A DNA stretch of 13,283 nucleotides from the NCBI GenBank assembly GCA_051746405.1, contig JBNJFB010000059.1, positions 1-13,283 of the forward strand. The letters run 5' to 3'. The translations under genes were made by a program, and so were the position numbers. Numbering within the stretch: the stretch's first letter is position 1; each line of letters opens with the position of its first letter. Below are positions 1 to 8,913 of this stretch, in pieces. The notes beneath the pieces are model-generated. The model saw nothing but the letters and a program-made list of their open reading frames with translations. It had not been told where the DNA came from and made no database searches. The DNA is from Campylobacterota bacterium. Lineage in GTDB: Bacteria; Campylobacterota; Campylobacteria; Campylobacterales; Arcobacteraceae.

Positions 1-11
1 TGTAGTGAAAA

Positions 12-39
12 ATTATAACTTATTTGAAATTTGATTCAA
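12..39 (-). promoter_or_regulatory. Putative sigma70 promoter pointing out of the left end of the window
   Basis: The minus strand reads TTGAAT (39-34), a 16-nt spacer, then TATAAT (17-12). The target gene lies outside the window. Confidence 0.4.
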
Positions 40-144
40 CTTTCTAAAATTTAAATCAGCTTAAATTACGGGTTGTTTTTTATAATCTGCAAGTGGCTCC
101 AAAATAAACTTTTTTTAGTAAAATAGAGATAAAAAAGAGTTTTT

Positions 145-813
145 ATGGATAATATACTTGCGACATTTACCACAAAAAGTGACGGGAACCTTGCATATCA
201 TGTAAACGATATGAAAGAAAATGTAGATAAAAACAGACAAAAACTAGCCCAAAAGTTAGGTTATAATTCTGATGATTTAGTATATATGAACCAAGTCCAT
301 GGAAATAACGTCCAGATTGTCACACATAATTCACCAAAATTCATCGATAATTGTGATGGACTAATCACAAATGAAAAAAAACTACCTTTGATGGTAATGG
401 TTGCTGATTGTATACCAATACTTCTATATGATAAAGTAAATGGTGTAGTTGCAGCACTTCATGCAGGTAGAAACTCAACTTTTCAAAAGATAACTCAAGC
501 GGCAATAGATAAGATGAAAGAAGAGTTTAATACAAACCCTTTAGATATTCAAGCAGTATTAGGTCCAAGTATTCAAAAGTGCTGTTATGAGGTAAGTGAT
601 GAGCTTTTAGATATAGTAAGAAAAAGCTTTGGAAAAGAGTTTATATATAATAAAAATATAGATTTACAAGGTATAAACTATTCAATCCTTAAACAAAATT
701 TAGTAAAAGATATACAAGTTTCAAATATCTGTACAAAGTGCTCAGGGCTTGATTATTATAGTTTTAGGAAAGAGAAAAATAGAGGTAGATTTGCAGGTAT
801 TATAATGCAATAA
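145..813 (+). CDS. pgeF: PgeF/YfiH family purine nucleoside phosphorylase / peptidoglycan editing factor
   Basis: Family motifs NLAYHV, QVHG, DGLIT, VADCIPILL, LHAG, GPSI..CCYEV, CTKC, YSFR and GRF; His-Cys-His triad present; 222 aa. A -10-like TAAAAT lies at 119-124 after a T-tract. Confidence 0.93.
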   Translation: MDNILATFTTKSDGNLAYHVNDMKENVDKNRQKLAQKLGYNSDDLVYMNQVHGNNVQIVTHNSPKFIDNCDGLITNEKKLPLMVMVADCIPILLYDKVNGVVAALHAGRNSTFQKITQAAIDKMKEEFNTNPLDIQAVLGPSIQKCCYEVSDELLDIVRKSFGKEFIYNKNIDLQGINYSILKQNLVKDIQVSNICTKCSGLDYYSFRKEKNRGRFAGIIMQ

Positions 814-828
814 AATTATTAAACTAGA

Positions 829-870
829 TTAGTTTTTAAATTTAATCTTACATAAAGCTTTAAAAACTAA
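829..870. repeat. 12-bp AT-rich inverted repeat between pgeF and the malic enzyme gene
   Basis: TTAGTTTTTAAA (829-840) and TTTAAAAACTAA (859-870) with an 18-nt spacer. Function (terminator or operator) is unknown. Confidence 0.4.
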
Positions 871-954
871 AAAAATTCATAGTTTTTTTAATTAAGTTAA
901 GAAATGTTACTATTTTTACCATAATTTTAAAAATAAAAACTATTAAGGTATAAA

Positions 955-2211
955 ATGAGTACAAAAATAACAAAAAATGAAGCATTAGATTATCATAGAG
1001 TTCCAACTCCAGGAAAAGTAGCGATTGCTACAACAACTAAGTTAGAGTCACAAAGAGATTTATCTTTAGCATACTCTCCAGGTGTTGCATATCCTTGTGA
1101 AGAGATTAGAGATGATGCAAAAAAAGCATTTGATTATACTTCAAAAAGAAACTTAGTAGCTGTTATTTCAAATGGTACAGCTGTACTAGGTCTTGGAGAT
1201 ATTGGTGCATTGGCATCAAAGCCAGTTATGGAAGGTAAAGCTGTACTATTTAAAAAGTTTGCATCAGTGGATTCATTTGATATTGAAGTTGATGAAAAAG
1301 ATGTAGATAAATTTTGTGATGCTGTAAGAGCTATTTCACCAACCTTTGGTGGAATAAACTTAGAAGATATAAAAGCACCTGAGTGTTTTGAGATAGAAAA
1401 AAGACTTACAGAACAGTTAGATATACCTGTTATGCACGATGACCAACACGGTACTGCTATTATTACAACAGCTGGACTTATAAATGCATCTTCTATGATG
1501 AATAAAAAGCCTGAAGATATGAAAGTTGTAGTTGTGGGTGCTGGTGCTTCAGCTATTTCTTGTTCTAGAATGTATAAAGAGTTAGGCGTTAAAAATCTTA
1601 TTATGTGTGATTCAAAAGGTGTAATTCACAAAAATAGGACAAATCTAAATAAATATAAGCAAGAGTTTGTTATAGATGAAGTTTTAAGTATTGAAGATGC
1701 TTTTAAAGATGCGGATATGGTTTTGGGATTATCAAAACCTGGTACATTTACAAAAGAGCATATTGCACTTATGAGTGAAGAGCCTATAGTATTTACATTA
1801 GCAAATCCTACACCTGAGCTTTTCCCTGAAGAGGTAAAAGAGGTAAAACCAAGGGCTATAATAGGAACAGGAAGAAGTGACTTTTCTAATCAAGTAAATA
1901 ATGTACTTGGATTTCCTTTCATATTTAGAGGTGCACTTGATGTACAAACAAAGAAAATAAATATGACTATGAAAATGGCAGCTGCTAGGGCAATTGCTAA
2001 TTTGGCAAGACAGCCTTTAACAAATGATTTAAAAGTACTATTTGGTGATTTAAAATATGGAAGGGAGTATATTATTCCAACACCATTTGATAAAAGACTA
2101 ATAGTAGAAGTTTCATCAGCTGTTGCACAAGCTGCTGTTGATACAGGTGTGGCAAGGGTTAAAGAGTTTGATATGGAAAGCTATAGAGAAAAACTTGCGT
2201 TGATGGTATAG
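955..2211 (+). CDS. NAD(P)-dependent malic enzyme, MaeB N-terminal type without the phosphotransacetylase domain
   Basis: LSLAYSPGVA, NGTAVLGLGDIG, PVMEGK, FGGINLEDI, MHDDQHGTA, GAGASA, LANPTPE, GRSDFSNQVNNVLGFPFIFRGALD; 418 aa; SD AAGG upstream. Confidence 0.93.
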   Translation: MSTKITKNEALDYHRVPTPGKVAIATTTKLESQRDLSLAYSPGVAYPCEEIRDDAKKAFDYTSKRNLVAVISNGTAVLGLGDIGALASKPVMEGKAVLFKKFASVDSFDIEVDEKDVDKFCDAVRAISPTFGGINLEDIKAPECFEIEKRLTEQLDIPVMHDDQHGTAIITTAGLINASSMMNKKPEDMKVVVVGAGASAISCSRMYKELGVKNLIMCDSKGVIHKNRTNLNKYKQEFVIDEVLSIEDAFKDADMVLGLSKPGTFTKEHIALMSEEPIVFTLANPTPELFPEEVKEVKPRAIIGTGRSDFSNQVNNVLGFPFIFRGALDVQTKKINMTMKMAAARAIANLARQPLTNDLKVLFGDLKYGREYIIPTPFDKRLIVEVSSAVAQAAVDTGVARVKEFDMESYREKLALMV

Positions 2212-2239
2212 TTAAATAATCTATTAATCAATAAAAAGG

Positions 2240-2273
2240 TATTATTCTCATTTAAAATCAAATGGGAATAATA
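2240..2273 (+). terminator. 14-bp hairpin between the malic enzyme gene and purU (terminator or stabilising/regulatory stem)
   Basis: TATTATTCTCATTT-aaaatc-AAATGGGAATAATA with one G-U pair. No U-tract follows on the + strand; it ends just before the purU SD (AGGA). Confidence 0.4.
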
Positions 2274-2283
2274 TAGGATAGAA

Positions 2284-3117
2284 ATGGAAGAATATATACT
2301 TTTAATTGATACTTCAGACTCAAAAGGGCTAGTTTATAATATCTCAAAAATACTTTTTGCAAATAACTTAAATATTGAGCAGAATGCTGAATATGTTGAC
2401 CCTCAAACAAAGAAATTTTTTATGAGAACTGTTATATCTGGAAATGTTTTCAAAGATATTTTACTAAAAGAGCTAAAAGAGGTTTTACCTAAGGATGCTC
2501 ATATTAGACTTAATAAAAAAGCAAAAAAAGATGTTGTGATTTTAGCTACAAAAGAATCACATGTATTAGGTGATTTATTGATTAGATATTATGATGGAGA
2601 GTTAAATGCTAATATTAAAGCTGTAATTGCAAACCATAAAGATTTAGAACAGTTAGTATCAAAGTTTAATATACCATTTAAATGTATAAGTGCAGATACT
2701 TTAAGTAGACAAGATCATGAAGAGTTGATGATAGAAGAGATAAATAAATACGACCCAGAGCTAATTGTTCTTGCAAAATATATGAGAATTTTAACATCAA
2801 ACTTTGTGGAGACTTTTCCACGAAAAGTTTTAAATATCCATCACTCATTTTTACCTGCATTTATAGGTGCAAACCCTTATAAACAAGCTTATGATAGAGG
2901 TGTTAAGATTATTGGTGCAACGGCTCATTATGTTACAAATGATTTAGATGAGGGACCTATAATAGCTCAAGATGTAGTAAGAGTTGACCACTCTTATTCA
3001 TGGCAAGCCATGAGAAATGCAGGAAGAAATGTGGAGAAAGTAGTATTATCAAATGCTTTTGAATTATTGCTTGAAGATAAAGTATTTGTTCATGGAAATA
3101 AAACGGTGATTTTATAA
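2284..3117 (+). CDS. purU: Formyltetrahydrofolate deformylase
   Basis: N-terminal ACT domain (D.KGLV...FFMR), VIANH, LAKYMRIL, NIHHSFLPAFIGANPY.QA..RGVKIIGATAHYV...LDEGPII.QD; 277 aa. Confidence 0.96.
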   Translation: MEEYILLIDTSDSKGLVYNISKILFANNLNIEQNAEYVDPQTKKFFMRTVISGNVFKDILLKELKEVLPKDAHIRLNKKAKKDVVILATKESHVLGDLLIRYYDGELNANIKAVIANHKDLEQLVSKFNIPFKCISADTLSRQDHEELMIEEINKYDPELIVLAKYMRILTSNFVETFPRKVLNIHHSFLPAFIGANPYKQAYDRGVKIIGATAHYVTNDLDEGPIIAQDVVRVDHSYSWQAMRNAGRNVEKVVLSNAFELLLEDKVFVHGNKTVIL

Positions 3118-3581
3118 TGTTTAATATAGTTTTACATGAACCAAGAATCCCAGGAAATGTGGGTACTATTGGGCGACTTGCTTTTGCTTTAAACTGTAGG
3201 TTACACTTGATAAAGCCCTATGGTTTTGGAGAGATTACAAAAAAAGCTGTGAGAAGAGCAGGGCTTGATTATTGGTATGATTTAGAGGTTTTTGAGTATG
3301 AGAGTATTGAAGAGTTTTGGGATAAAAACCCTTTAGATGATAGACACTTTTTTGCTACAACAAAAACTCAAAAAGTCTATTTTGAACAGGAGTTTAAAGT
3401 AGGGGATTATTTCTATTATGGTAGAGAAGATGCTGGACTTCCTGAGTCTATTATGAATAAGCATAAACAAGGATGTATTACTATTCCTATGACAAATGAT
3501 GCAAGAAGTTTAAATATGGCAAACTCTGTATCTATTGTGACTTATGAAGCACTAAGACAAAACTTTTCAAAGTTTAAGTAA
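3117..3581 (+). CDS. trmL: tRNA (cytidine(34)-2'-O)-methyltransferase, SPOUT family
   Basis: NIVLHEPRIPGNVGTIGR, LHLIKPYGF, RRAGLDYW, GREDAGLP, IPM...RSLNMANSV...YEALRQ; TAATG overlap with the purU stop. Confidence 0.95.
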   Translation: MFNIVLHEPRIPGNVGTIGRLAFALNCRLHLIKPYGFGEITKKAVRRAGLDYWYDLEVFEYESIEEFWDKNPLDDRHFFATTKTQKVYFEQEFKVGDYFYYGREDAGLPESIMNKHKQGCITIPMTNDARSLNMANSVSIVTYEALRQNFSKFK

Positions 3582-3610
3582 GAACAGAACCTAAAAGATG
3601 AGGAATATAT

Positions 3611-4270
3611 TTGTATAAAATATTACTATTAGAAGATGATGAGTTATTTTCAACTACTTTAGAGGATTTTCTGGGTGATGAGGGATTTAGTGTTGATATT
3701 GCTTATGATGGCCAAGAGTGTTTGGAGTTAAACTATAAAAACAACTATGATTTGTATATTTTTGATATAAATGTACCTAAAATAAATGGTCTTGAGTTAT
3801 TAGGTCAATTAAGAGATGCAGGTGATGATACACCCTCTATCTTTTTAACTTCTTACAAAGATAGGGATACACTACATGAAGGCTTTTTAAAAGGTTGTGA
3901 TGATTATTTAAAAAAGCCTGTAGATTTAGATGAACTTATTTTTAGAATAAAAGCTTTGCTAAAACGAAATAAGAAAACATTTGATAATATAAATTTACCA
4001 AATGGCATTACCTTTAATCCAAATACAAAAAGAGCATATGAAAATAGTATAGATTTAAATCTACCCATAAAAGTATTGGAACTTCTAGAGCTATTTATTG
4101 AAAACAAAAGTGAAATAGTTACAAAAGATATGATTATATCAAGACTTTGGAGTATTGATGAAACATATAGTGAGGGTTCTATTCGAGTTTATATAAATAC
4201 ATTAAAAAAGTTATTAGGAAAAGAAAGTATAGTAAATATAAAAGGTGTGGGTTATAAAGTTGAATTCTAA
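3611..4270 (+). CDS. OmpR/PhoB-family response regulator
   Basis: Receiver domain (LLEDD, phospho-acceptor in IFDINVP, FLTS, DDYLKKP) and winged-helix C-terminus (SIRVYINTLKKLL...IVNIKGVGYK); TTG start after GAGGA SD. Confidence 0.95.
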   Translation: MYKILLLEDDELFSTTLEDFLGDEGFSVDIAYDGQECLELNYKNNYDLYIFDINVPKINGLELLGQLRDAGDDTPSIFLTSYKDRDTLHEGFLKGCDDYLKKPVDLDELIFRIKALLKRNKKTFDNINLPNGITFNPNTKRAYENSIDLNLPIKVLELLELFIENKSEIVTKDMIISRLWSIDETYSEGSIRVYINTLKKLLGKESIVNIKGVGYKVEF

Positions 4271-5108
4271 AAAGAAAGATTTTTTCATATCAATATCTAT
4301 AGTATTTTGTATAACTACACTTATAATACTATTTGCTAACTATTTACTAATCTCAATTTTTGGATTAAATCAACAAAACTTTTTATTTATAATTTTGCCA
4401 CTGGTCCTTTTAGGTCTGCTTGTTTTTTTGAATTTTGTGAAATCCATAGCAAAACCACTTTTTAAAAGTGATGAAAAACTACAAAAGAGTATCAAAGAGA
4501 CTATTCATGAATTAAATATTCCCGTTTCAACTATACAGATGAACACACAGCTATTACAAAAAAGTGTTCATGACCAAAAAAGTGTTAAAAGGTTAGAGAG
4601 AATAAAACAAGCTACTAATAATCTTCTAAAACTATATGAAAATATGGAGTATGATATCAAAAAAGAGATTGATACAGTGGAAAAAATTGATTTTTTACTA
4701 GATGAGGTTATAAAAAACTCAACATCGAAGTTTCAAGATATTAAAAAAAGTGTATCTATTATAGTAGAAGTGCCATCAGTAAAACTACATACAGATAAAA
4801 ATGGTTTTGAAAAGATGGTTGATAATCTCATCTCAAATGCAATTAAATATAATAGAAAAGAGAATCCATATGTAAAAATATCTTACAAAGATGGCATATT
4901 GTCTTTTTTTAATACAGGTGAGAAGATAGATACAAAAAATCTATTTTTGGTATTTGAGAAGTATTTTCAAGAGAGTAAAGAAAACAATGGCTTTGGCTTG
5001 GGGCTTAGTATTGTAAAGGAGTTTTGTGATAAATATAAGATTCCTATAACTATTGATGTTTTAGAAGATGGCAATAGATTTAATATAAATTTAAAAAATT
5101 TAATATAA
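4260..5108 (+). CDS. Sensor histidine kinase (HisKA + HATPase_c) with two TM helices and almost no extracytoplasmic loop
   Basis: H-box IHELNIPVSTI, N-box NLISNAIKY, F-box VFEKYFQ, G2-box GFGLGLSIVK. The in-frame TTG at 4260 (preceded by AAGGTGTGGG, overlapping the regulator's end) is preferred over the GTG at 4245. Confidence 0.9.
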   Translation: MNSKKKDFFISISIVFCITTLIILFANYLLISIFGLNQQNFLFIILPLVLLGLLVFLNFVKSIAKPLFKSDEKLQKSIKETIHELNIPVSTIQMNTQLLQKSVHDQKSVKRLERIKQATNNLLKLYENMEYDIKKEIDTVEKIDFLLDEVIKNSTSKFQDIKKSVSIIVEVPSVKLHTDKNGFEKMVDNLISNAIKYNRKENPYVKISYKDGILSFFNTGEKIDTKNLFLVFEKYFQESKENNGFGLGLSIVKEFCDKYKIPITIDVLEDGNRFNINLKNLI

Positions 5109-5163
5109 ATCAAGTCATATTCATATAGAATAAGAGACTTAATAATTTTATAGTGAGTATTAT

Positions 5164-8097
5164 ATGACAAAAAGCTTTGAAAAACTAAAACAAAACTCTA
5201 GTATATTTGGTAGGGATGAATATATTGATATTATTTCTAACCATATAGATTATACAAATAAATACTCAAATGTATTAATATCAATAGGTGGTTTTTCAGG
5301 AGTTGGAAAAACTACATTAATAGAGTATATCCTAACTAATAAAAGATATGATATTTCATATATATTAAATATGAAAATATATAAATATAAGTATAATACT
5401 CCATATGAATTACTCTACAATGCTATTAGAAATCTCGTAAAACAAGTTTTAATAAAAGAACAAAACCACTTAAACACTTGGAAAAATAGAATTAAAGAGT
5501 CAATAGGTGAAGATATAAGTATATTAGCTAGAGAAATACCTGAAATAAACTATATATTAAAAGAGCAAGATATAACAAATAAAGATGAAATTATTACGAA
5601 AAAAACAAAATTTGATGTTGTTCTTTTCAAGTTTTTAAATCTTTTTACACAAGATAACAAGCCATTTTGTATATTTATAGATGACATACAGTGGGCTGAT
5701 TTTATCACACTAAAGTGGATAGAAAATGCAGCTTTAACTTTAAAAAATACAGTTATAATAGTCTCTTATAGGGATAATGAAGTATATAAAAATGACGAAT
5801 TAGTAAGTAGTTTTGATAGACTAAAATCATATGATATAAACCTACATGAAATGAAACTTAAAGAGCTTGATAGAAAGAGTACTAGTAATCTTATAAAAGA
5901 TAGTTTTGAGTTTGATGATATAGTAGCTTTAACAGATATCATTTATCAAAAAACAAATGGAAATGCTTTTTTTACAAAAATGTTTTTAAAACAGTTAGAA
6001 GAAGAAAATATTATATATTATAGTGATATAAATAAAAAACTAAACTGTAACTTAGAAGAAGTTTATAAACTTCCTTTAGGTTTTGGGATATATGAGTTTT
6101 TAAATAGAAGTATCAAACAGTTAAACAATAATGAAAAAAGACTCTTAGATTTAGCTGCATGTATTGGTAGTTTTTTTTCATACGATTTCTTAAAAAAGGT
6201 ATATTTAGATGATGAAAGTTTTGATAATAGTTTAAAAAAGCTTTTAGATAAAGAGTGGATAACTAAAGAGGCTTTTTATGATGAGTCAGCTTCTATAACT
6301 TATCATTTTTTTCATGACAAAATACAGCAGTTTGTTTATACATCTTTAAGTGAAGATAAAATAAAAAATTATCATAAAAAAGTAGGGTTTGCATATTTTG
6401 TAAATAATAAATTAGATGATAGATATCTAATTACAGCAATGAATCATATAAACTTAGCAATAGATAAAATAGATGATAAAAAAAGCCTTGATTTAATAAA
6501 AAACTTGAATATAGAGGCTTGTAGAAGTGCTAAAAGAAGTGGTGATTTTAAAAGTGCTCTTAAGTATATTGAATATGTTGAAAAAATAATACAAAAGCTA
6601 GGGTTTGAAAATAGTAGTTATGATATTTCAAAGCTTCATGCCCAGTGTGAACATTTATGTCATGATAAAAATAGTGCAATTAAGTATTATAATTTAAGTT
6701 TAAAACTAGCGTCAAATAAGATTCAAAAAGCAAGAATATATGAGTTGATGATTAAACTATATACTGATGTTTCTGATTTTAATACAGCTTATAGTATTGG
6801 AGTTGAGGGTGCTAAACTATTTAATATAAATCTACCAAATAAGTTTAATAAAACTGTTTTTATTATTGATTATATATTATTAAATATGAAATTAAAATCA
6901 AAAGAAACAGTCTCATTTTTATATGAATTACATAATGCAAAAAACGAAGATACTATTATGGTTATAAAGATTTTATCATCTATTTTAAAAGTTGCATATC
7001 AAATAAAACCCGAACTTAGTGTACATATTTCTATGAAAATTGTAAATATATGTTTGAAAAATGGATTAACAAAAGATTCTATAATAGGCTTTATGGTTTA
7101 TGGAGTTAACTTTCAAGGAGGTATTTTAAAAAAGCATAAACTAGGGTATGAGTATGCTAAATTCTCACAAGATATGCTAAATCGTTTTGATGATGATACA
7201 CTTGAAGCAGAAGTTAAATTTGTGTGTGGGTATTTTTCTAATTCTTGGATAAACAAAGCAACAAGCACTGAAAAACAGTGGTTTGATGCTTATAAAATAG
7301 GTTTAGAAACAGGTGATTGGTTTCATAGTGGATGTTGTCTTGCTGCAATATTAGAAAGTATGTTTATAAGAGGGGTTTGCTTTAAAAAAGTATATAAGAA
7401 AATTAAACAGTTTGAAATAGTTTTAAAAACTATAAATGTACAAGAACAACTAGAAATAATACAAAGTATTAAGCAAGCTATGAAGTGTATTGAGGGCAAA
7501 ACAACTGCATTATCATTTAGTGATGAGCACTTTGATGAGTTTTCATATGCTTCAAAGATAAAATATTTTGAATCAAAGCACTTTGCACACTACTACTTTT
7601 TAAATAAAATAGTAGCTCTTTATTTTAATAATGAGTATAGGGAAGCTTTAAATATAAGCCATGAAAGCAGTGCGTATTTCAAAAGCTCATATGGAATGCT
7701 TCATAATGCAGAACATAGTTTTTATGATGGCTTATTATATGCTATGCTTTATGAAAACAGTAGTTTTTTAGGAAAATATAAGAGTTTAAAAATGCTTAGT
7801 AAAATTAAAAAAGAGTTTTTTATATACTCAAAAGAGTGTAAAGAGAACTTTTATGTAAGAACTTTACTTTTGCAAGGTGAGTTTTGTAGAGTAAAAGAAG
7901 ATTATGCACAAGCTTTAAGAAACTATAAAGAAGCAACACTATATGCAAAAGAGTTTAAACAGCCACATTTAAAAGCTATAGCAGAAAAGTTAAGCGCTAT
8001 AGTATATGAAAAAAGAGGAAATTATGATTTAGCCACTCAAACAAAAAAAGATTACTTTAAAAGTATGAATATCTGGAAAGAGGGTGAAGTCTTTTAA
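5164..8097 (+). CDS. AAA_16/STAND-type P-loop NTPase with a long helical (TPR-like) C-terminal region; no kinase or output domain recognised
   Basis: IFGR start, Walker A GGFSGVGKTT, Walker B FCIFIDDIQWAD, SYRDNEV, KTNGNAFF, AACIG..F, YHFFHDKIQQ, GLETGD. This motif series is typical of the central module of COG3899-type Ser/Thr kinase-ATPase-sensor proteins. Confidence 0.8.
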   Translation: MTKSFEKLKQNSSIFGRDEYIDIISNHIDYTNKYSNVLISIGGFSGVGKTTLIEYILTNKRYDISYILNMKIYKYKYNTPYELLYNAIRNLVKQVLIKEQNHLNTWKNRIKESIGEDISILAREIPEINYILKEQDITNKDEIITKKTKFDVVLFKFLNLFTQDNKPFCIFIDDIQWADFITLKWIENAALTLKNTVIIVSYRDNEVYKNDELVSSFDRLKSYDINLHEMKLKELDRKSTSNLIKDSFEFDDIVALTDIIYQKTNGNAFFTKMFLKQLEEENIIYYSDINKKLNCNLEEVYKLPLGFGIYEFLNRSIKQLNNNEKRLLDLAACIGSFFSYDFLKKVYLDDESFDNSLKKLLDKEWITKEAFYDESASITYHFFHDKIQQFVYTSLSEDKIKNYHKKVGFAYFVNNKLDDRYLITAMNHINLAIDKIDDKKSLDLIKNLNIEACRSAKRSGDFKSALKYIEYVEKIIQKLGFENSSYDISKLHAQCEHLCHDKNSAIKYYNLSLKLASNKIQKARIYELMIKLYTDVSDFNTAYSIGVEGAKLFNINLPNKFNKTVFIIDYILLNMKLKSKETVSFLYELHNAKNEDTIMVIKILSSILKVAYQIKPELSVHISMKIVNICLKNGLTKDSIIGFMVYGVNFQGGILKKHKLGYEYAKFSQDMLNRFDDDTLEAEVKFVCGYFSNSWINKATSTEKQWFDAYKIGLETGDWFHSGCCLAAILESMFIRGVCFKKVYKKIKQFEIVLKTINVQEQLEIIQSIKQAMKCIEGKTTALSFSDEHFDEFSYASKIKYFESKHFAHYYFLNKIVALYFNNEYREALNISHESSAYFKSSYGMLHNAEHSFYDGLLYAMLYENSSFLGKYKSLKMLSKIKKEFFIYSKECKENFYVRTLLLQGEFCRVKEDYAQALRNYKEATLYAKEFKQPHLKAIAEKLSAIVYEKRGNYDLATQTKKDYFKSMNIWKEGEVF

Positions 8098-8101
8098 ATT
8101 A

Positions 8102-8128
8102 GCAGAAGTTTTTTATCTAAACTTCTGC
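8102..8128. terminator. Hairpin at the junction of convergent genes (probable bidirectional terminator or pause)
   Basis: GCAGAAGTTT (8102-8111), 7-nt loop, AAACTTCTGC (8119-8128); perfect 10-bp stem. The HAD gene stop codon lies in the loop. Confidence 0.55.
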
Positions 8129-8736
8129 ATTATCTTAAGCTCTAACTCTTCAACTGAATGAATAGCGTCTTTTTCATGATTTGAAAAGCCCCAATTTACA
8201 AGTACTGAATCAACATTTGCTTTTTTTGCAGCCATAATATCCTTGTGGGAATCACCTACTAATTGGGCATTGTGATTTAGTATATTATGGTTTGTTAAAA
8301 TTTTATGTACCATTTCAGGGTGTGGTTTTGGGTTTTTAACACTATCAAAACCTAAAATAGAAGAAAAGTGTCGTTCAAGTCCAACATGATCTAACATCTT
8401 TCTTGCAAATTGTGAGCTTGCATTTGTAGCAACTGCTAAGGTGAATTCACCTTTTAAATCTTCAATTAATTTATTTATTCCATCATAAACTTTTAAATCT
8501 AAAAGACAGTGTTCGTTGTAGTACTCTTCAAAAAGTACAACTTGTTCTTTTGTAAAATCTTTTGTACCATAAAAAAATTCAGATGCATTTATACTAGGGT
8601 CATTTACTTTTTCTAGTATAAACTCTTTTTCAAGTTTTTCAAATCCAATATTTTCCCTAACATAATTTATAGTATTTGTAATTGCATTGGAGCTATCAAC
8701 TAAGGTTCCATCCATATCAAACATAATTAATCTCAT
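8113..8736 (-). CDS. HAD-superfamily subfamily IA hydrolase (phosphoglycolate phosphatase/PpaX-like)
   Basis: Motif I FDMDGTL, motif II VATN, motif III KPHP, motif IV VGDSHKD, VNWGF; SD AGGA on the minus strand. Confidence 0.92.
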   Translation of the reverse strand: MRLIMFDMDGTLVDSSNAITNTINYVRENIGFEKLEKEFILEKVNDPSINASEFFYGTKDFTKEQVVLFEEYYNEHCLLDLKVYDGINKLIEDLKGEFTLAVATNASSQFARKMLDHVGLERHFSSILGFDSVKNPKPHPEMVHKILTNHNILNHNAQLVGDSHKDIMAAKKANVDSVLVNWGFSNHEKDAIHSVEELELKIMQKFR

Positions 8737-8768
8737 TTAAATTCCTAAAAACAGTTATTTTTAATGGT

Positions 8769-8774
8769 ATTATA
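8769..8774 (-). promoter_or_regulatory. Putative -10 element of the HAD gene
   Basis: TATAAT on the minus strand about 32 nt upstream of the ATG, with T-tracts further upstream as is typical of Campylobacterota promoters. Confidence 0.5.
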
Positions 8775-8872
8775 TGATTTAGATGATAAAAAAGAGTTTT
8801 ATTTTTAATTATGTGTTACAAAATTACAATAATTTTAAAAAAAAATAGATAAATAGGACAAAAAGTATCTTG

Positions 8873-8907
8873 AATTAACAATTAATTAACATTTCGTTTG
8901 ATATAGT
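8873..8907 (+). promoter_or_regulatory. Putative extended -10 promoter with an upstream direct repeat of 11-bp period
   Basis: TGATATAGT at 8899-8907 (TGn + TATAGT); AATTAACA at 8873-8880 and 8884-8891. Confidence 0.5.
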
Positions 8908-8913
8908 TTTAAA

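Noticed and set aside
66..100. Minus-strand GGAG + TTG micro-ORF (MQIIKNNP*)
   Set aside because: Only 8 codons, 4-nt SD spacing and no extension in neighbouring frames; most likely chance.
955..2211. Malic enzyme as a truncated maeB pseudogene
   Set aside because: All catalytic motifs are intact, malic enzymes of about 400-430 aa without PTA are a normal class, and no PTA remnant follows.
2678..2860. 60-aa minus-strand ORF
   Set aside because: Antisense shadow inside purU with no recognisable motifs.
3904..4107. 67-aa minus-strand ORF
   Set aside because: Antisense shadow inside the response regulator gene.
5112..5140. Imperfect hairpin AAGTC/TATTC...GAATA/GACTT between the kinase and NTPase genes
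   Set aside because: Two 5-bp AU-rich stems with an internal loop and no U-tract; too weak to call a terminator.
4967..5170. 67-aa minus-strand ORF
   Set aside because: Overlaps the kinase 3' end and the NTPase start in antisense; no SD or motifs.
8837..8845. A9 homopolymer as a phase-variation tract
   Set aside because: Poly-A runs of this length are expected in such AT-rich intergenic DNA; no long poly-G/C tract is present.
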